The position numbers and the translations under genes were made by a program. Under the pieces are notes generated by a model, which saw only the letters and a list, made by a program, of their open reading frames with translations, searched no databases and had not been told where the DNA came from. From a virus: 64,000 bases of DNA. The stretch's first letter is position 1; every line of letters begins with the position of its first letter. This document shows positions 18,661-28,969 of the stretch, one piece after another. The DNA lies in IMG/VR virus record IMGVR_UViG_3300046519_000214, positions 16,554 through 80,553 of that record; one strand, written 5' to 3'.

Positions 18661-19379
18661 TGGACATCATCGGGGGCACACCGTCTGCATTGACCATCCC
18701 ATTCATGGTTGGCGACCGGCCGGTTGCCCCTGATCTCGGGTCCGTAACATACACCGTCCGCAACCAGGCGGGCGCCGCTATGCCAGGGCTGGAGGACATT
18801 CCTTATGTCACCACCTCCGCGACCTATCAGATGACGGTCCTCGTTCCGTCGTCGGCCCACCAGATCGACCCGACGCGCAGCTTTGAGCGCCGCACAGTCG
18901 TCGTCAAATTCACCGTCCAGGGTCAGGAAGTCCAGCTCAATCGCGCTTACCGCGTTGTGCCGGAACCCGTCCACACCACAACTGGTCAACAAGTCCGCGC
19001 CTTCATCGGTATCGAGGAGCACGAGCTCCCGGACTCTGACATCGATATCTTCTCCGCGTTCCTCACGGTCGAGCGTGAAATCGGCGCCGACGAGCTCGCA
19101 GCAGCACTCGTTTCGGGCACCACGGCCGAGCTCGCCGCTAACACCCTGATCTGCATGCGAGCTGTTCTCGATGTGCTGCCATCCGCCAAGCAGCGGATGG
19201 CTCAGTCCGAGAAGAACGGCGTCAAGGAATTCAGCCGCGTGGATCTGAAGGAGCTCGACAAGCTGAAGATCGAAGCCGAGAAGCGCTACCAGGAAGCCAT
19301 CGACCAGGTCGTGACCAAGAACGAAGTCACGCCGTCGTTCTTCCTGGTCACCTCGAACACTGACGCAATCACGGGGTGA
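18660..19379 (+). CDS. Putative head-tail adaptor
   Basis: Synteny. Confidence 0.5.
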   Translation: MDIIGGTPSALTIPFMVGDRPVAPDLGSVTYTVRNQAGAAMPGLEDIPYVTTSATYQMTVLVPSSAHQIDPTRSFERRTVVVKFTVQGQEVQLNRAYRVVPEPVHTTTGQQVRAFIGIEEHELPDSDIDIFSAFLTVEREIGADELAAALVSGTTAELAANTLICMRAVLDVLPSAKQRMAQSEKNGVKEFSRVDLKELDKLKIEAEKRYQEAIDQVVTKNEVTPSFFLVTSNTDAITG

Positions 19380-19382
19380 TGA

Positions 19383-19928
19383 ATGGTTAGCCTGAAAACC
19401 GCCGGCCTTCGTTTCGACAGCCTGATGTATCGTGACGACGGACTGCCATTCAAAGGCACCGTCGAGCAGGATCTCGAGGGCAAGCTGATCGGCTACGATT
19501 TCAGCTTCCCCCGTCGTCTCCTCCGCGTTTCTCCGGACTGCCTGGTCCAGACCCTCGACGTGATCATCGACGGCCTCGAGCGCCGTTACCTGGTGGCCGA
19601 CCACGATGGCTCCTTCGCCTACAACGTCGCTGAGTACCGATCGCACATGCTGATCCCACTCACCGAGCAGGTGGCCTGGGAGCGCGAGACGCAAGTCATC
19701 GACCCGCTGACAAAGCGGCCGAAGTCCGCCGGCCGACAGCCGCTTGGTGATATCTGGATCCTGCCTGAACGTGTGAACCGTGAGCAGGCCGATGGCACCA
19801 TGCGTGTGAAGGAGCAATCCTTCACCGTCTTCACCGCGGCAAAGCTCGAGCTCAACGACATCGTCAGGGGCATGACGGTCAAGCGTATCGATGTCGTCCG
19901 TGGTGTCTATCTCGCGGAGATCCAGTAG
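19383..19928 (+). CDS. Putative head closure/stopper protein
   Basis: Synteny; beta-rich. Confidence 0.5.
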   Translation: MVSLKTAGLRFDSLMYRDDGLPFKGTVEQDLEGKLIGYDFSFPRRLLRVSPDCLVQTLDVIIDGLERRYLVADHDGSFAYNVAEYRSHMLIPLTEQVAWERETQVIDPLTKRPKSAGRQPLGDIWILPERVNREQADGTMRVKEQSFTVFTAAKLELNDIVRGMTVKRIDVVRGVYLAEIQ

Positions 19929-20788
19929 TGCCCGTCAAGGTCACCTTCAAGGTCGGGAACCGCAAGGTCAGCAACGCTGAGATGTCTGAAGGCATCGACC
20001 AGTTCATCCAGGCGGTAGGCGTGAAGACCGTGGACCAAGCCGCAACTGTCGACCGCGTCCAGGTCCAGGCGTTGCGGGCAAAGCTGACCGGCCGTGTGGA
20101 GCGCTCGCTCGAGGCCGCAGTTAATTTCGCAGCTAACACCATGGTTGGTACGAAATCGAATGTGGCCATGAAGGGTAGGGGTGCAGAGACGGCAATCCAT
20201 TTCGATTGGTCGGAGCCATACAATCCGATTGTCAATGCCAGTAAGGCCCAGATCGAAAGCCTCAAGACTGGCGACGTCATCTATTGGGAAGCGCTGAGCC
20301 GCAAGACCATTATGAAGAAGTCGAACACCCAGGCAAACGGAGCTGTCGCCGGCCGAGGTGACTCTCCTCGCGAGCGAGCGCGGCAATACTTCGTCCACAC
20401 CGGTGCTCTGCAGGCTGAGCTGCGCCAGCTCGCCAAGACCATCACGACCAAGACCGGCACGGTCACAGTGGGTTACATGAAGGGCAACGCGAAGAACTTC
20501 CGCTCGTCGAAGGATCTTCCGAAGCGCATCAAGGTCGGCAAGATCCAGATTGCCTTCTTGCCGAAGGCCAACCTCAAGAACCTACCTGGTGCCCATACCG
20601 CTGAAGTCTCGAACTGGGATCCGAATGTTCTGTTCGAACGGAGCCTCGGGATCTCCAAGCCGTCACTTCGAAAGCTACGTGGTGTAGACGGACATCATCG
20701 TCCGCTCCTCCAGCCGATCTTCACCTTCTGGGCGCTGAACCGCATACCGCGGATTGTTGCGACCACGATCCAGAACAGCCTCAAGTAA
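19928..20788 (+). CDS. Putative neck/tail-completion protein (basic)
   Basis: Synteny; HTGALQ and RPLLQP motifs resemble HK97 gp10-like proteins. Confidence 0.45.
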   Translation: MPVKVTFKVGNRKVSNAEMSEGIDQFIQAVGVKTVDQAATVDRVQVQALRAKLTGRVERSLEAAVNFAANTMVGTKSNVAMKGRGAETAIHFDWSEPYNPIVNASKAQIESLKTGDVIYWEALSRKTIMKKSNTQANGAVAGRGDSPRERARQYFVHTGALQAELRQLAKTITTKTGTVTVGYMKGNAKNFRSSKDLPKRIKVGKIQIAFLPKANLKNLPGAHTAEVSNWDPNVLFERSLGISKPSLRKLRGVDGHHRPLLQPIFTFWALNRIPRIVATTIQNSLK

Positions 20789-20800
20789 GGGTTTGCTAAT

Positions 20801-21253
20801 ATGTATGAGAACATTTGGGGATCCATCGTCGCCTTCTCGAACGATATCATCGACGATCGTCGAGCCAAATACCCAGGCGTCGACATTGAATACGTGGACT
20901 GGGAAGCCCATGCCAACATCCAGGAGCTGCCAGAAGGCGACCTCATTGGCACAACGGCGATCACCTTCACGGAGGATCAGCCTGAGTTGTTCAACGGCTC
21001 GTTCACGATCGGTGTGTCGACCTATGCCGACGACAGCAATCTCTTCAGGCTTCGCAATTATGTGGGAGAGGTTTTCAACCGGCTGCGGCCGGGGATGAAA
21101 GTGCCCTTCTACGATCATGAGACGCTCGAGCAGAAGGGATGGTTTCACATTGTCGATGGGACGATTGTGCTACCAATGACGAGGGCGGATGCCCGCCCTC
21201 TCCAATTCGTTCAATGTCAGTTTGTCTTCGACCCAGTCACTGCGACTGGCTGA
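20801..21253 (+). CDS. Putative tail terminator protein
   Basis: 150 aa acidic, just before tail tube gene. Confidence 0.5.
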   Translation: MYENIWGSIVAFSNDIIDDRRAKYPGVDIEYVDWEAHANIQELPEGDLIGTTAITFTEDQPELFNGSFTIGVSTYADDSNLFRLRNYVGEVFNRLRPGMKVPFYDHETLEQKGWFHIVDGTIVLPMTRADARPLQFVQCQFVFDPVTATG

Positions 21254-21440
21254 GAGACGAGAGCCCGCCCTGGGCAATCATGACAGTCCGGAGGATCTCC
21301 AGATTATCGCCGTGCTCTGCAGCGAGCGCGGCTTCAAGAAGGAAGATGACTTCCTTGTTCATCGATCGACGATTGATCTCTGCTCTGCCTTCAAGCAGTG
21401 CAAATAACTCGTCTGGAAGGCTAGTTGAAAGACGACGCAT
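21237..21440 (-). CDS. Arc-family ribbon-helix-helix regulator
   Basis: LPDEL...L..RA..NRRSMN.E....LE Arc signature. Confidence 0.85.
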   Translation of the reverse strand: MRRLSTSLPDELFALLEGRAEINRRSMNKEVIFLLEAALAAEHGDNLEILRTVMIAQGGLSSLSQSQ

Positions 21441-21540
21441 TTCCCACCATTTTGAATAATCTTGTGCCTAGCAAATATAAGTATCTCTCCTCATTTATCA
21501 AGCAGCAACACCTGTTCTGAACAATGAGGAACTCTCACCC

Positions 21541-22341
21541 ATGGCTGGCAACGCTAAGACCAAAAACTTCCTTCTTTCTACGGCGACCGTCATGATTGGC
21601 GCTCCTGACAAGCTGCACCAACTCAACCCTGCCGAACACTCGATCGGTCTCGTCAAGAACTTCCAGATGACCGCTGATCCGACGTTCGTCGAGCTCACGC
21701 AGGGCGTCAAGAACTCGGTCGTCATGTCCGTCAAGAACGGCGAAGGCCTGAAGTGCTCGATGGAAGTCTACGAGTACACGCTCCGCAACATGGCTTACGC
21801 AGCTGGTCTCGACGCCTCGGGCGTTGAGTTCGATTCGATCACCGACATCTGGATCGCATCCGGCGCCTACGCAACGGCTGGCAAGACGATCGAAGTTGGC
21901 ACCGACATCAGTGCGAAGCTGAGTGCCGGCGACTACATCTTCCTGCAGAACGGCCTGGACGATAAGGTCCACATTGCCAAGGTCGCCTCGTCTGCCTTCG
22001 CTGCGGCCAAGACCACGATCACCCTCGCCGCTGGCTACGAGCCATCTGCGACGGTCACGTTCCCGATCGGTACCCGTATCGGTAAGGTCAAGCGTATCGA
22101 CGTTGGTGGCACGGATGTGCAGCCGGAATTCGCGGTCAAGATCGTCGGCCTCCTACCGGTCGACAACGCGCCGTTCACGATCTACCTGCCGAAGGTCAAG
22201 ATCACGAAGGGTCTCGGTGTCGCGTTCCAGACGGACAACTTCGGCAACCTGCCGTTTGAGTTCACTCCGTACTCTGGTGTCGAGAGCGATCCTCTTTACG
22301 CTGAATACGGACCTGCAGCGGCCATCCTCTTCAACCGCTAA
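21541..22341 (+). CDS. Major tail (tube) protein
   Basis: 266 aa, strong codon bias, precedes chaperone and tape measure. Confidence 0.8.
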   Translation: MAGNAKTKNFLLSTATVMIGAPDKLHQLNPAEHSIGLVKNFQMTADPTFVELTQGVKNSVVMSVKNGEGLKCSMEVYEYTLRNMAYAAGLDASGVEFDSITDIWIASGAYATAGKTIEVGTDISAKLSAGDYIFLQNGLDDKVHIAKVASSAFAAAKTTITLAAGYEPSATVTFPIGTRIGKVKRIDVGGTDVQPEFAVKIVGLLPVDNAPFTIYLPKVKITKGLGVAFQTDNFGNLPFEFTPYSGVESDPLYAEYGPAAAILFNR

Positions 22342-22364
22342 GCCCTCAAACTCTCTTGCAAATA

Positions 22365-22403
22365 TGCGCCCCAGTCACCACATGACTGGGGCGCAATTGT
22401 TTG
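22365..22403 (+). terminator. 13-bp perfect hairpin after tail tube gene
   Basis: tgcgccccagtca-ccaca-tgactggggcgca-attgtttg. Confidence 0.65.
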
Positions 22404-22419
22404 TAACTCTGGATCACAA

Positions 22420-22827
22420 ATGACCGAAATTCCCAATCCAAAATTGACCATTACTCAGGACGGCAAAGAGCGCGAACTCTTCATGTCCTATGGACTTCTG
22501 AACGTGCTTTCGATCGCAGTCGGCTCGCCCGAACTGGTGCCGGCAATGTCCCTCGACGATGAACTTCGAACCGAAGTTCTGAAGGCCGTCCTGGCTGAAC
22601 GCAAGGTCACCGGCAAGGTCGTCCAGGCGATCGCGGATCTCGAAGAGATCGAGATCTCCATCGACGACGTTGAAGCGGTTCTCGACTGGGCTGGAGAGCA
22701 CCTCATGGGTTTTTTCATGCGGCGCTTGGCAAAGTCAGCCAAGCACGTGGAAAACCACAAAAGCCTACTCGAGGGCCTCAAGTCTTCCATGGATGGCTTG
22801 CGGAGCTTAGCTTCCGCGACAGCATAA
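22420..22827 (+). CDS. Tail assembly chaperone (gpG-like)
   Basis: Position; contains slippery G GGT TTT at 22707-22713. Confidence 0.8.
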   Translation: MTEIPNPKLTITQDGKERELFMSYGLLNVLSIAVGSPELVPAMSLDDELRTEVLKAVLAERKVTGKVVQAIADLEEIEISIDDVEAVLDWAGEHLMGFFMRRLAKSAKHVENHKSLLEGLKSSMDGLRSLASATA

Positions 22828-23084
22828 TTTGGGCGCTGGGCGTCAGGCCCAGCCTTCTCGAGGAAGTGTACTGGTCGCACTCCCTCGAGGATCTGACCAC
22901 TCTGGTGAGTTTGAAATCACAGGAGCGTATGGCCGGATACTACCAGGAATACGAAACGTTCCGCCTGGTAGTCGATGAAGCACTCGGAGGGGGAGGAAAC
23001 TCCAAACCTGATGAGAGCGAGGCGATCCAAACCTTCGATCAACTCGCCAGGGCATTTGCCGACGTAGGAGGCACACTTGGCTGA
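22713..23084 (+). CDS. -1 frameshift extension of tail chaperone (gpGT-like)
   Basis: -1 frame is open from the slippery site into ORF 22866-23084. Confidence 0.8.
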   Translation, partial: FHAALGKVSQARGKPQKPTRGPQVFHGWLAELSFRDSIIWALGVRPSLLEEVYWSHSLEDLTTLVSLKSQERMAGYYQEYETFRLVVDEALGGGGNSKPDESEAIQTFDQLARAFADVGGTLG

Positions 23085-26000
23085 GAATACCTTTGAAGTT
23101 GATTATGAACTGAACGCTGCCCAGGCTCGAGATGAGCTGGAGAAGGTTCGTAAACAACTCGACGGTGTCACAGCCAAGTTCAACAGTAATCTCGGGACTG
23201 CTAAGAAGGGCATTCTCGAGCTGACCAAGCTCCTCAGCGACATGGTCGCCGCAACCGAGAAAGGCACTGCTGCTCGCGCCCGTGCCGAGCGCAGTGCCAC
23301 CTCGATCCTCGGAGCTCGCTACCAGCAACTTGGCCAGGGCTCGGGCGTCCAGAAGTCTCAGGAAAACCAGCTCAACCGAGTCGCCGCCCAGGCACTCGTC
23401 AACGATATTCAGAACACCGCAAAGGCTGCAGAAGCCCGCGTCACTGAGGCGATCGTCAAGCAGACCGTCAGCCTTCTGAAGACGACCGAGGCCGCGGTCG
23501 CAGCTCGCATCAAAAACGCCACGTTCGCCAACAACCAGTCGATCGCGAACTCCGACGATCGTTATCTCAGCGCCCGCAACACGCTGGCCAACCAGCGCCG
23601 TGCCGACGCCATCTATGCCGCAGAGAATGGTCGCGCCGCCCTGTCGAGCCGCAACCGTCTCGAGCAGCTGAACTATAACGGCGGCGCCGATCTCATGGGA
23701 ATCCAAGGTCGCGTCATGCTGAACTACGCCGCAGTCGGTGGCCTGTTCAACACGATCAAGGGCGCCGGAACCGGCCTCGTCGAGCTGGACAAGGAACTGC
23801 ATCAGTACCAGGCGATCTCTGCTGCCACGAACAAGGAGATGGTGCAGTTCAAGCAGAACCTGGTGCAGATCTCCCAGTCTGTTCCGTACACCACGCTCCA
23901 GATCACCCAGGCCGCAACCGCCCTTGCCCAGGCGGGTCTGTCCACTGGCCAGGTCAGCGAGTCCCTTGGCTCGATCGCGCAGTTTGCTACGGCCACGGGC
24001 TCGAGCCTGTCGCAGGCTGTTGACGTCGTGACCTCGACCCTCACGGCCTTCAACCTCGAAACGAGCCGCACGGGTGACGTCGCCAACATCTTCACCGCGG
24101 CGCTCAACCTCTCGAAGCTGTCCGTCGACAAGCTGCAGACCTCGCTGAACTACATCGGCCCGACCGCCGAAGCTCTTGGCCTGACGCTCGAGGAGACGAC
24201 CTCGATCCTCGGTGCTCTTTCCCAGTCTGGCGTGAAGGCCTCGACGATGGGCACAGGCTTCCGTGCTCTGCTCACCGACCTCCAGTCTCCATCCAAGAAA
24301 CTGGTCGACGTGTTGAGGGCTGCTGGCCTGTCCGTCGACGACATCAACGTCAAGACGAAGGGCTTTCTGCCTGTTATCGAGACGCTGAAGAAGGCGGGCT
24401 TTGGCGCAGCCGAGGCCTACGAAACTCTCGAGACCCGTTCCGCAGCAGCCTTCCTGGCACTGGCGAACAACACAGAACTGGCTCGTGATATGCAGCGTAG
24501 CTTCACGCTATCGGCTGCAGCTGTCGAGGCGAACGCCATTCAGATGAAGTCGCTGAGCAACACCGCCCAGGTCTTCAAGAACACTCTCGGCGCTTCTGTC
24601 TTCACCGCGTTCGAGCCCATCGTGGCGACACTGCAGCAGATAATCGCCGGTGCCACCACTGTCTTCTCCTGGCTCAATAAATTTCCTGGAGTGCTTCAGG
24701 CGATCGGCGCTGTCGCCGGCACCTTCGCAACCGTGCTCGGCGTCTCGCTGTTTGGCAGCTTGATCAAGAGCCTGGGTCTGATGATCCCGCTGCTCGCCAA
24801 CTTCGCCACTGGGTTCAAGGGCGTGGGACTAGCCGCTACTGAGGGTGCTGTCGCCGTTGGCTTCTTCGGCCGCGTCCTCGCCGGCCTATCCGCTCTCACT
24901 CTCACCAACTGGATCGGTCTTGTCATCGCGGGTGTCGCCCTGGCGGCGGGAGCCTTCTTTGCCTGGAAGGGTAAGACCGACGAACTCACCAAGAGCATCG
25001 ACGACCTCGAGTCCAAGGTCAATGAGCTGAAGGGCGCGGCCGACGCGACCGAAAGCAAGATCGGCTCGCTCGACACCGCGATCCAAGGTCTGATCGACCG
25101 CCGCAAAGAACTTGACGGCGACCGGATCATGCGTGGCGCCAAGATCGATGAGCTCCGTGCCCAGTTCAACGAGCTCGGTCTGTCCATCAAGGACGACACC
25201 ATGTCGGTCACGGACCTCATCCGTGAGCTGAACGACCTTCGTGCGACATCCTCCCGAGTTCGTGCCGCTGAGCTGGCTGAGGCCGCTGAAGCTCGCCGTG
25301 GCGAGATCGACAAACTGAAGGAACAGCGCGGGAAGCTCACCGACCACAATGGTCCTCAAGCCAACTACATCCGTGGTCTGGCCGATCAGGCGGTTGGTGG
25401 TGCCGGTGGTGGGATCGAGACCTCTGCGAACAACTACCTCATCGAGCAGATCAGCAAGCGTTTCGGCACCAACATCGGTGAGGCGCTTCGAATCTCGCTT
25501 GGCGATCTCAGCCAGGTCCACGATGCACGTCAGGCCCTTTCCCTCGGCAAGTACGTGAATGAACAGATCGGTGTTGCTCAGCGCCAGGGCGACCCCAACG
25601 GTAGCCTCGGCTTCCTCACGGAGCTGAAGGCCACGCTCGACCCGATCGTTGCCAACCTGACCAAGACTGCCGCAGCCGACGCCGATCTCGTCACCATCCT
25701 GCGCCGCGAAGCCGACGCTGGAATTCAGGGCTCGAAGTCCTTTGGTCGTTTGAGCGAGAAGTCGCAGTTCATCCAGAAGACGTTCGACGACAAGATGAGC
25801 GCGATCTCGACCGGGAATCTGAACGACGAGGAGAAGATCGAAGCATACAGCGCCGTCCGCCGGTGGTTGGAAACCGTTCGCGACAAGTCGATCCAGGCGT
25901 TCAAGGATGATTTCGCGAAGGAATCTTCGACCGACCCCAACCTCGCCGGTCTCGACGACAAGTCCGTTTCGTCGCAGATCGACCAGGCGCTGGCCAGTCT

Positions 26001-28452
26001 GCAGCTGAAGCTGAACGAGGCGAGCCAGAAAGCTGTCACCAACCAGACGAAGTACACCTCGAAGGAAGTCAAGAAGGCCGAGCAGAACCAGAACCGCGAG
26101 CTGGCCCGCTGGCAGCGGCAGATCTCTGGTGCCAAGAACAACGAAGCGTTCGAGGCTGCGAAGAAGGGCTACGACGAGCTCCGCAAGACGACGACGGCAC
26201 AGATCATCAACTTCTATGATGAGCTCATCCGCCTCGCGAACCTGAACAAGGATACCGACGCAGTCGAGAAGCTGCAGGAGGAGCGGAAGGAGTTTACGGA
26301 ACGCGCTGCGGCCGAGTTGGCTGAGCAGAACCGTGCCAACGACGAGAAGGAACTCGACCTCCAGAAGGAGTCGCTGCAGCGCCAGCGTGAAGCTGTCCAG
26401 GACGCAGCGAAGACCCTCCGCACCAAGATCGAGGAAGCAACGGCCGAGCTGAAGAAGACGCCGCCGAGTGCAGCCATGAACGCGCTCGTCGACAAGATCA
26501 AGGAGCTGACCGGCCAGCTCAGCGGCGAGCTCAACAAGATCGGCAACATTGACGTCCAGCTCGAGGGCATCGATCTGAACGAGCCGATCAGCCAAGCAAT
26601 GGCTGGTAGCGCCCAGTCTGCGATCAAGCACTATATGGACCGCGGTCTTTCCAAGGCTGGCGCCGCTGCGATCGCGTCGAACCTGTCCGTCGAGTCCGAG
26701 TTCAATCCGAATGCTCTAGGCGACCATGGCACCGCCCATGGTGTTGCCCAGTGGCGAGGCACACGCTGGAACGAGCTCCGGTCCTTTGCAATCCAAAAGG
26801 GCACAGCCGCGAACGATGTCAACACTCAGTATGATTTCGTACTGAAGGAGCTTATGCGTGACTACCCGGATCTCTTCGCACGGCTGAAGGCAGGTACCGA
26901 AGATCCGCAGGCTTTGTCGAAGGCGTTCATGAACATCTTCGAACGGCCAAACAAAGATCCGTCGATCAACCACGTCGGCAAGCGCATGTCTCGCGCCCAG
27001 GCGTTTCTTTCTGGCACGGACACCGCCGGTTCGGCTGAAACGTCCAAGATCCTCGAAGAGACCGAACGTCAGGCCACGGAGAACATCAACAAGGGTATCG
27101 AGGCCCAGGCAGAAGCTGCGATCACCAGCCTCAAGTCCCGTATCGGCAACCTGAAGACCCAGGTCCGCTTCACGGACGACGCAAAGTCGCTCAAGGATCT
27201 GCAGTCACAGATCCAGAGCGCCCACGACCAGCTCCTGGATCAGGAGATCAAGAAGTTCGATGCTGAGAATGCCGAGCTCAAGAACACCAACCCGACCGAC
27301 TACACGAACAAGCTCAAGGAGCTGAAGGACGGCCTGCACGAAAACCTCAACTCCGACCTTCAGAAGGTGATTGAGGAATATTTCAAAGCCGCGGAAGAAG
27401 AGCTGCAGCGGCCGGTCGATCGCGCCAAGGCTGCACTGGATGTTGCCCAGCAGCCCGACATGGCCAGCAAGTACACCACTCTGGACATTCAGAAGCTTCA
27501 GCAGAACGTGGTCGATCGCGAGCGTGAGGCAGCTGCCAACCGTGTCCTGCTCATCGAGCAGCAGATCGCTGAAGTTCGCCGCATGGCGGCTGACGCAGAA
27601 GCGAACAACACGGACGGCTCGCGTGACACCGAGGTGCTGCAGTGGCGCACCCTCGAGAACGACCTCATCGAGAAGAACAACCAGCTGAAGGAGCAGAACA
27701 ACCTCCTCGACGCTGCCAAGGCGAACCAGGGGCCAACAACGGTCAATGCGATCCAGTCCGCAACCGCAGCCTGGGCTCAGCAGAACGGCATCATCGACGC
27801 TACCGGTAAGATGATCCCGCTGGCAACCCAGGTGGGCAACGCCTGGGGTCAGGTGCTTGATGGTTTGTCTTCCGGCTTCTCGCAGTTCTTCATGAACATT
27901 TCCTCTGGCACCATGTTGGCCGGCGAGGCGTTCAAGCAGCTCGGCCAGACCATCCTCCAGATGTTCATGCAGATCATCGCCAAGGCCCTCGCCAACCAGA
28001 TCATCATGTCGCTGTTCAGCGGTGGATCCGGCGGCTCTAGCATCCTCTCTCAGCTGGGGGAGGGTCTCTTCGGCATCGTCGGCGGCAAGGCTGTTGGTGG
28101 CCTGATCCGAGCCGCCAATGGTGCGGTCGCTCCGTTCCGCGACGGTGGCGCCTACCAGCTGATGCCTGGTGAGATGGTTCTGCGTCAGTCGGCCGTCCAG
28201 GCGATCGGTGAGGATAAGTTGACCCACATCAACAACCTGGGCAACCGCCAGATCTCGGAAGGCGCTCTCCAGGGTCTCGCTGCGAACAGCAACAAGAAGC
28301 AGGATCCTGGCATGGTCAACGTATGGGTTGTCTCGCCGGATCAAGTCCCACAGTCTGGCCCGAACGACATCATCGCTACCGTCAGCGCCAACATCCAGAA
28401 CCGCGGCTCGATCAAGCAATTGATCCAGCAGGTAGCGATGGGTCAGATCTAG
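23077..28452 (+). CDS. Tape measure protein with internal phage-tail-lysozyme domain
   Basis: 1791 aa helical; TP901-like TMP core; GLSKAGAAAIASNLSVES.FNP...G.AQW at ~26630-27000. Confidence 0.92.
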   Translation: MAENTFEVDYELNAAQARDELEKVRKQLDGVTAKFNSNLGTAKKGILELTKLLSDMVAATEKGTAARARAERSATSILGARYQQLGQGSGVQKSQENQLNRVAAQALVNDIQNTAKAAEARVTEAIVKQTVSLLKTTEAAVAARIKNATFANNQSIANSDDRYLSARNTLANQRRADAIYAAENGRAALSSRNRLEQLNYNGGADLMGIQGRVMLNYAAVGGLFNTIKGAGTGLVELDKELHQYQAISAATNKEMVQFKQNLVQISQSVPYTTLQITQAATALAQAGLSTGQVSESLGSIAQFATATGSSLSQAVDVVTSTLTAFNLETSRTGDVANIFTAALNLSKLSVDKLQTSLNYIGPTAEALGLTLEETTSILGALSQSGVKASTMGTGFRALLTDLQSPSKKLVDVLRAAGLSVDDINVKTKGFLPVIETLKKAGFGAAEAYETLETRSAAAFLALANNTELARDMQRSFTLSAAAVEANAIQMKSLSNTAQVFKNTLGASVFTAFEPIVATLQQIIAGATTVFSWLNKFPGVLQAIGAVAGTFATVLGVSLFGSLIKSLGLMIPLLANFATGFKGVGLAATEGAVAVGFFGRVLAGLSALTLTNWIGLVIAGVALAAGAFFAWKGKTDELTKSIDDLESKVNELKGAADATESKIGSLDTAIQGLIDRRKELDGDRIMRGAKIDELRAQFNELGLSIKDDTMSVTDLIRELNDLRATSSRVRAAELAEAAEARRGEIDKLKEQRGKLTDHNGPQANYIRGLADQAVGGAGGGIETSANNYLIEQISKRFGTNIGEALRISLGDLSQVHDARQALSLGKYVNEQIGVAQRQGDPNGSLGFLTELKATLDPIVANLTKTAAADADLVTILRREADAGIQGSKSFGRLSEKSQFIQKTFDDKMSAISTGNLNDEEKIEAYSAVRRWLETVRDKSIQAFKDDFAKESSTDPNLAGLDDKSVSSQIDQALASLQLKLNEASQKAVTNQTKYTSKEVKKAEQNQNRELARWQRQISGAKNNEAFEAAKKGYDELRKTTTAQIINFYDELIRLANLNKDTDAVEKLQEERKEFTERAAAELAEQNRANDEKELDLQKESLQRQREAVQDAAKTLRTKIEEATAELKKTPPSAAMNALVDKIKELTGQLSGELNKIGNIDVQLEGIDLNEPISQAMAGSAQSAIKHYMDRGLSKAGAAAIASNLSVESEFNPNALGDHGTAHGVAQWRGTRWNELRSFAIQKGTAANDVNTQYDFVLKELMRDYPDLFARLKAGTEDPQALSKAFMNIFERPNKDPSINHVGKRMSRAQAFLSGTDTAGSAETSKILEETERQATENINKGIEAQAEAAITSLKSRIGNLKTQVRFTDDAKSLKDLQSQIQSAHDQLLDQEIKKFDAENAELKNTNPTDYTNKLKELKDGLHENLNSDLQKVIEEYFKAAEEELQRPVDRAKAALDVAQQPDMASKYTTLDIQKLQQNVVDREREAAANRVLLIEQQIAEVRRMAADAEANNTDGSRDTEVLQWRTLENDLIEKNNQLKEQNNLLDAAKANQGPTTVNAIQSATAAWAQQNGIIDATGKMIPLATQVGNAWGQVLDGLSSGFSQFFMNISSGTMLAGEAFKQLGQTILQMFMQIIAKALANQIIMSLFSGGSGGSSILSQLGEGLFGIVGGKAVGGLIRAANGAVAPFRDGGAYQLMPGEMVLRQSAVQAIGEDKLTHINNLGNRQISEGALQGLAANSNKKQDPGMVNVWVVSPDQVPQSGPNDIIATVSANIQNRGSIKQLIQQVAMGQI

Positions 28453-28814
28453 AATTTGACGGAATGAAGGGGACCGCACTCAGGATGAGGTGCGATCCCC
28501 GGCCCGCCGAGTGCATCGATCACCTGGTTGTTCTTGAAGAACACCAGGTAGAACCCTTGGCTGTACGCCCCGAAACTATTCTTCGCATAGAAGGTCGTGC
28601 AGACTGCCCATGCTCGAGGATAGCGGAAATTGTCGACCGCCTGGTGGGGCTTGCCAGCCTTCAGATCCCGAACCGACCATGGATCCTTTGCTGACTTGCG
28701 AATGATGTCCGCGACCTTCTTGTCAGTCCCGGTAGGTGCCGGCTCACTGGCAGCGTAAGCGGTGGTGGCGATCAACGTGATCGCTGCTGCGGACAAAATT
28801 CTGAAAAACTGCAT
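28449..28814 (-). CDS. Secreted/periplasmic protein (moron; possible superinfection exclusion)
   Basis: Signal peptide MQFFRILSAAAITLIATTAYA; KDP.S and AKNSFGAY motif, two Cys. Confidence 0.7.
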   Translation of the reverse strand: MQFFRILSAAAITLIATTAYAASEPAPTGTDKKVADIIRKSAKDPWSVRDLKAGKPHQAVDNFRYPRAWAVCTTFYAKNSFGAYSQGFYLVFFKNNQVIDALGGPGIAPHPECGPLHSVKF

Positions 28815-28819
28815 AACCC

Positions 28820-28835
28820 TTAACAGCACCTTAAC
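28820..28835. promoter_or_regulatory. CtrA-type box
   Basis: TTAA-cagcacc-TTAAC, perfect TTAA-N7-TTAA. Confidence 0.65.
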
Positions 28836-28887
28836 GATCTATCGACAATTCTAATCTGTGGACCCCTGCGCGTTTTCTGCTCAGGGG

Positions 28888-28916
28888 TTGGCACGACTCA
28901 ACCACTAGGCCACAAT
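28888..28916 (+). promoter_or_regulatory. Putative sigma70 promoter for the Rep-like gene
   Basis: TTGGCA-17 nt-CACAAT, GANTC in the spacer. Confidence 0.5.
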
Positions 28917-28969
28917 ATCACTGATTTGCAACGGGGGACGTGAGTCTTGACGTAATTTACCCACAAACG

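Noticed and set aside
24886-28479. Long antisense ORFs (581 and 424 aa here; also 41064-42653, 5383-6603, 18444-19817)
   Set aside because: Shadow frames of strongly codon-biased GC-rich genes; no recognisable motifs
28888-28905. Sigma54 promoter at TGGCACG
   Set aside because: No TTGC at the -12 position
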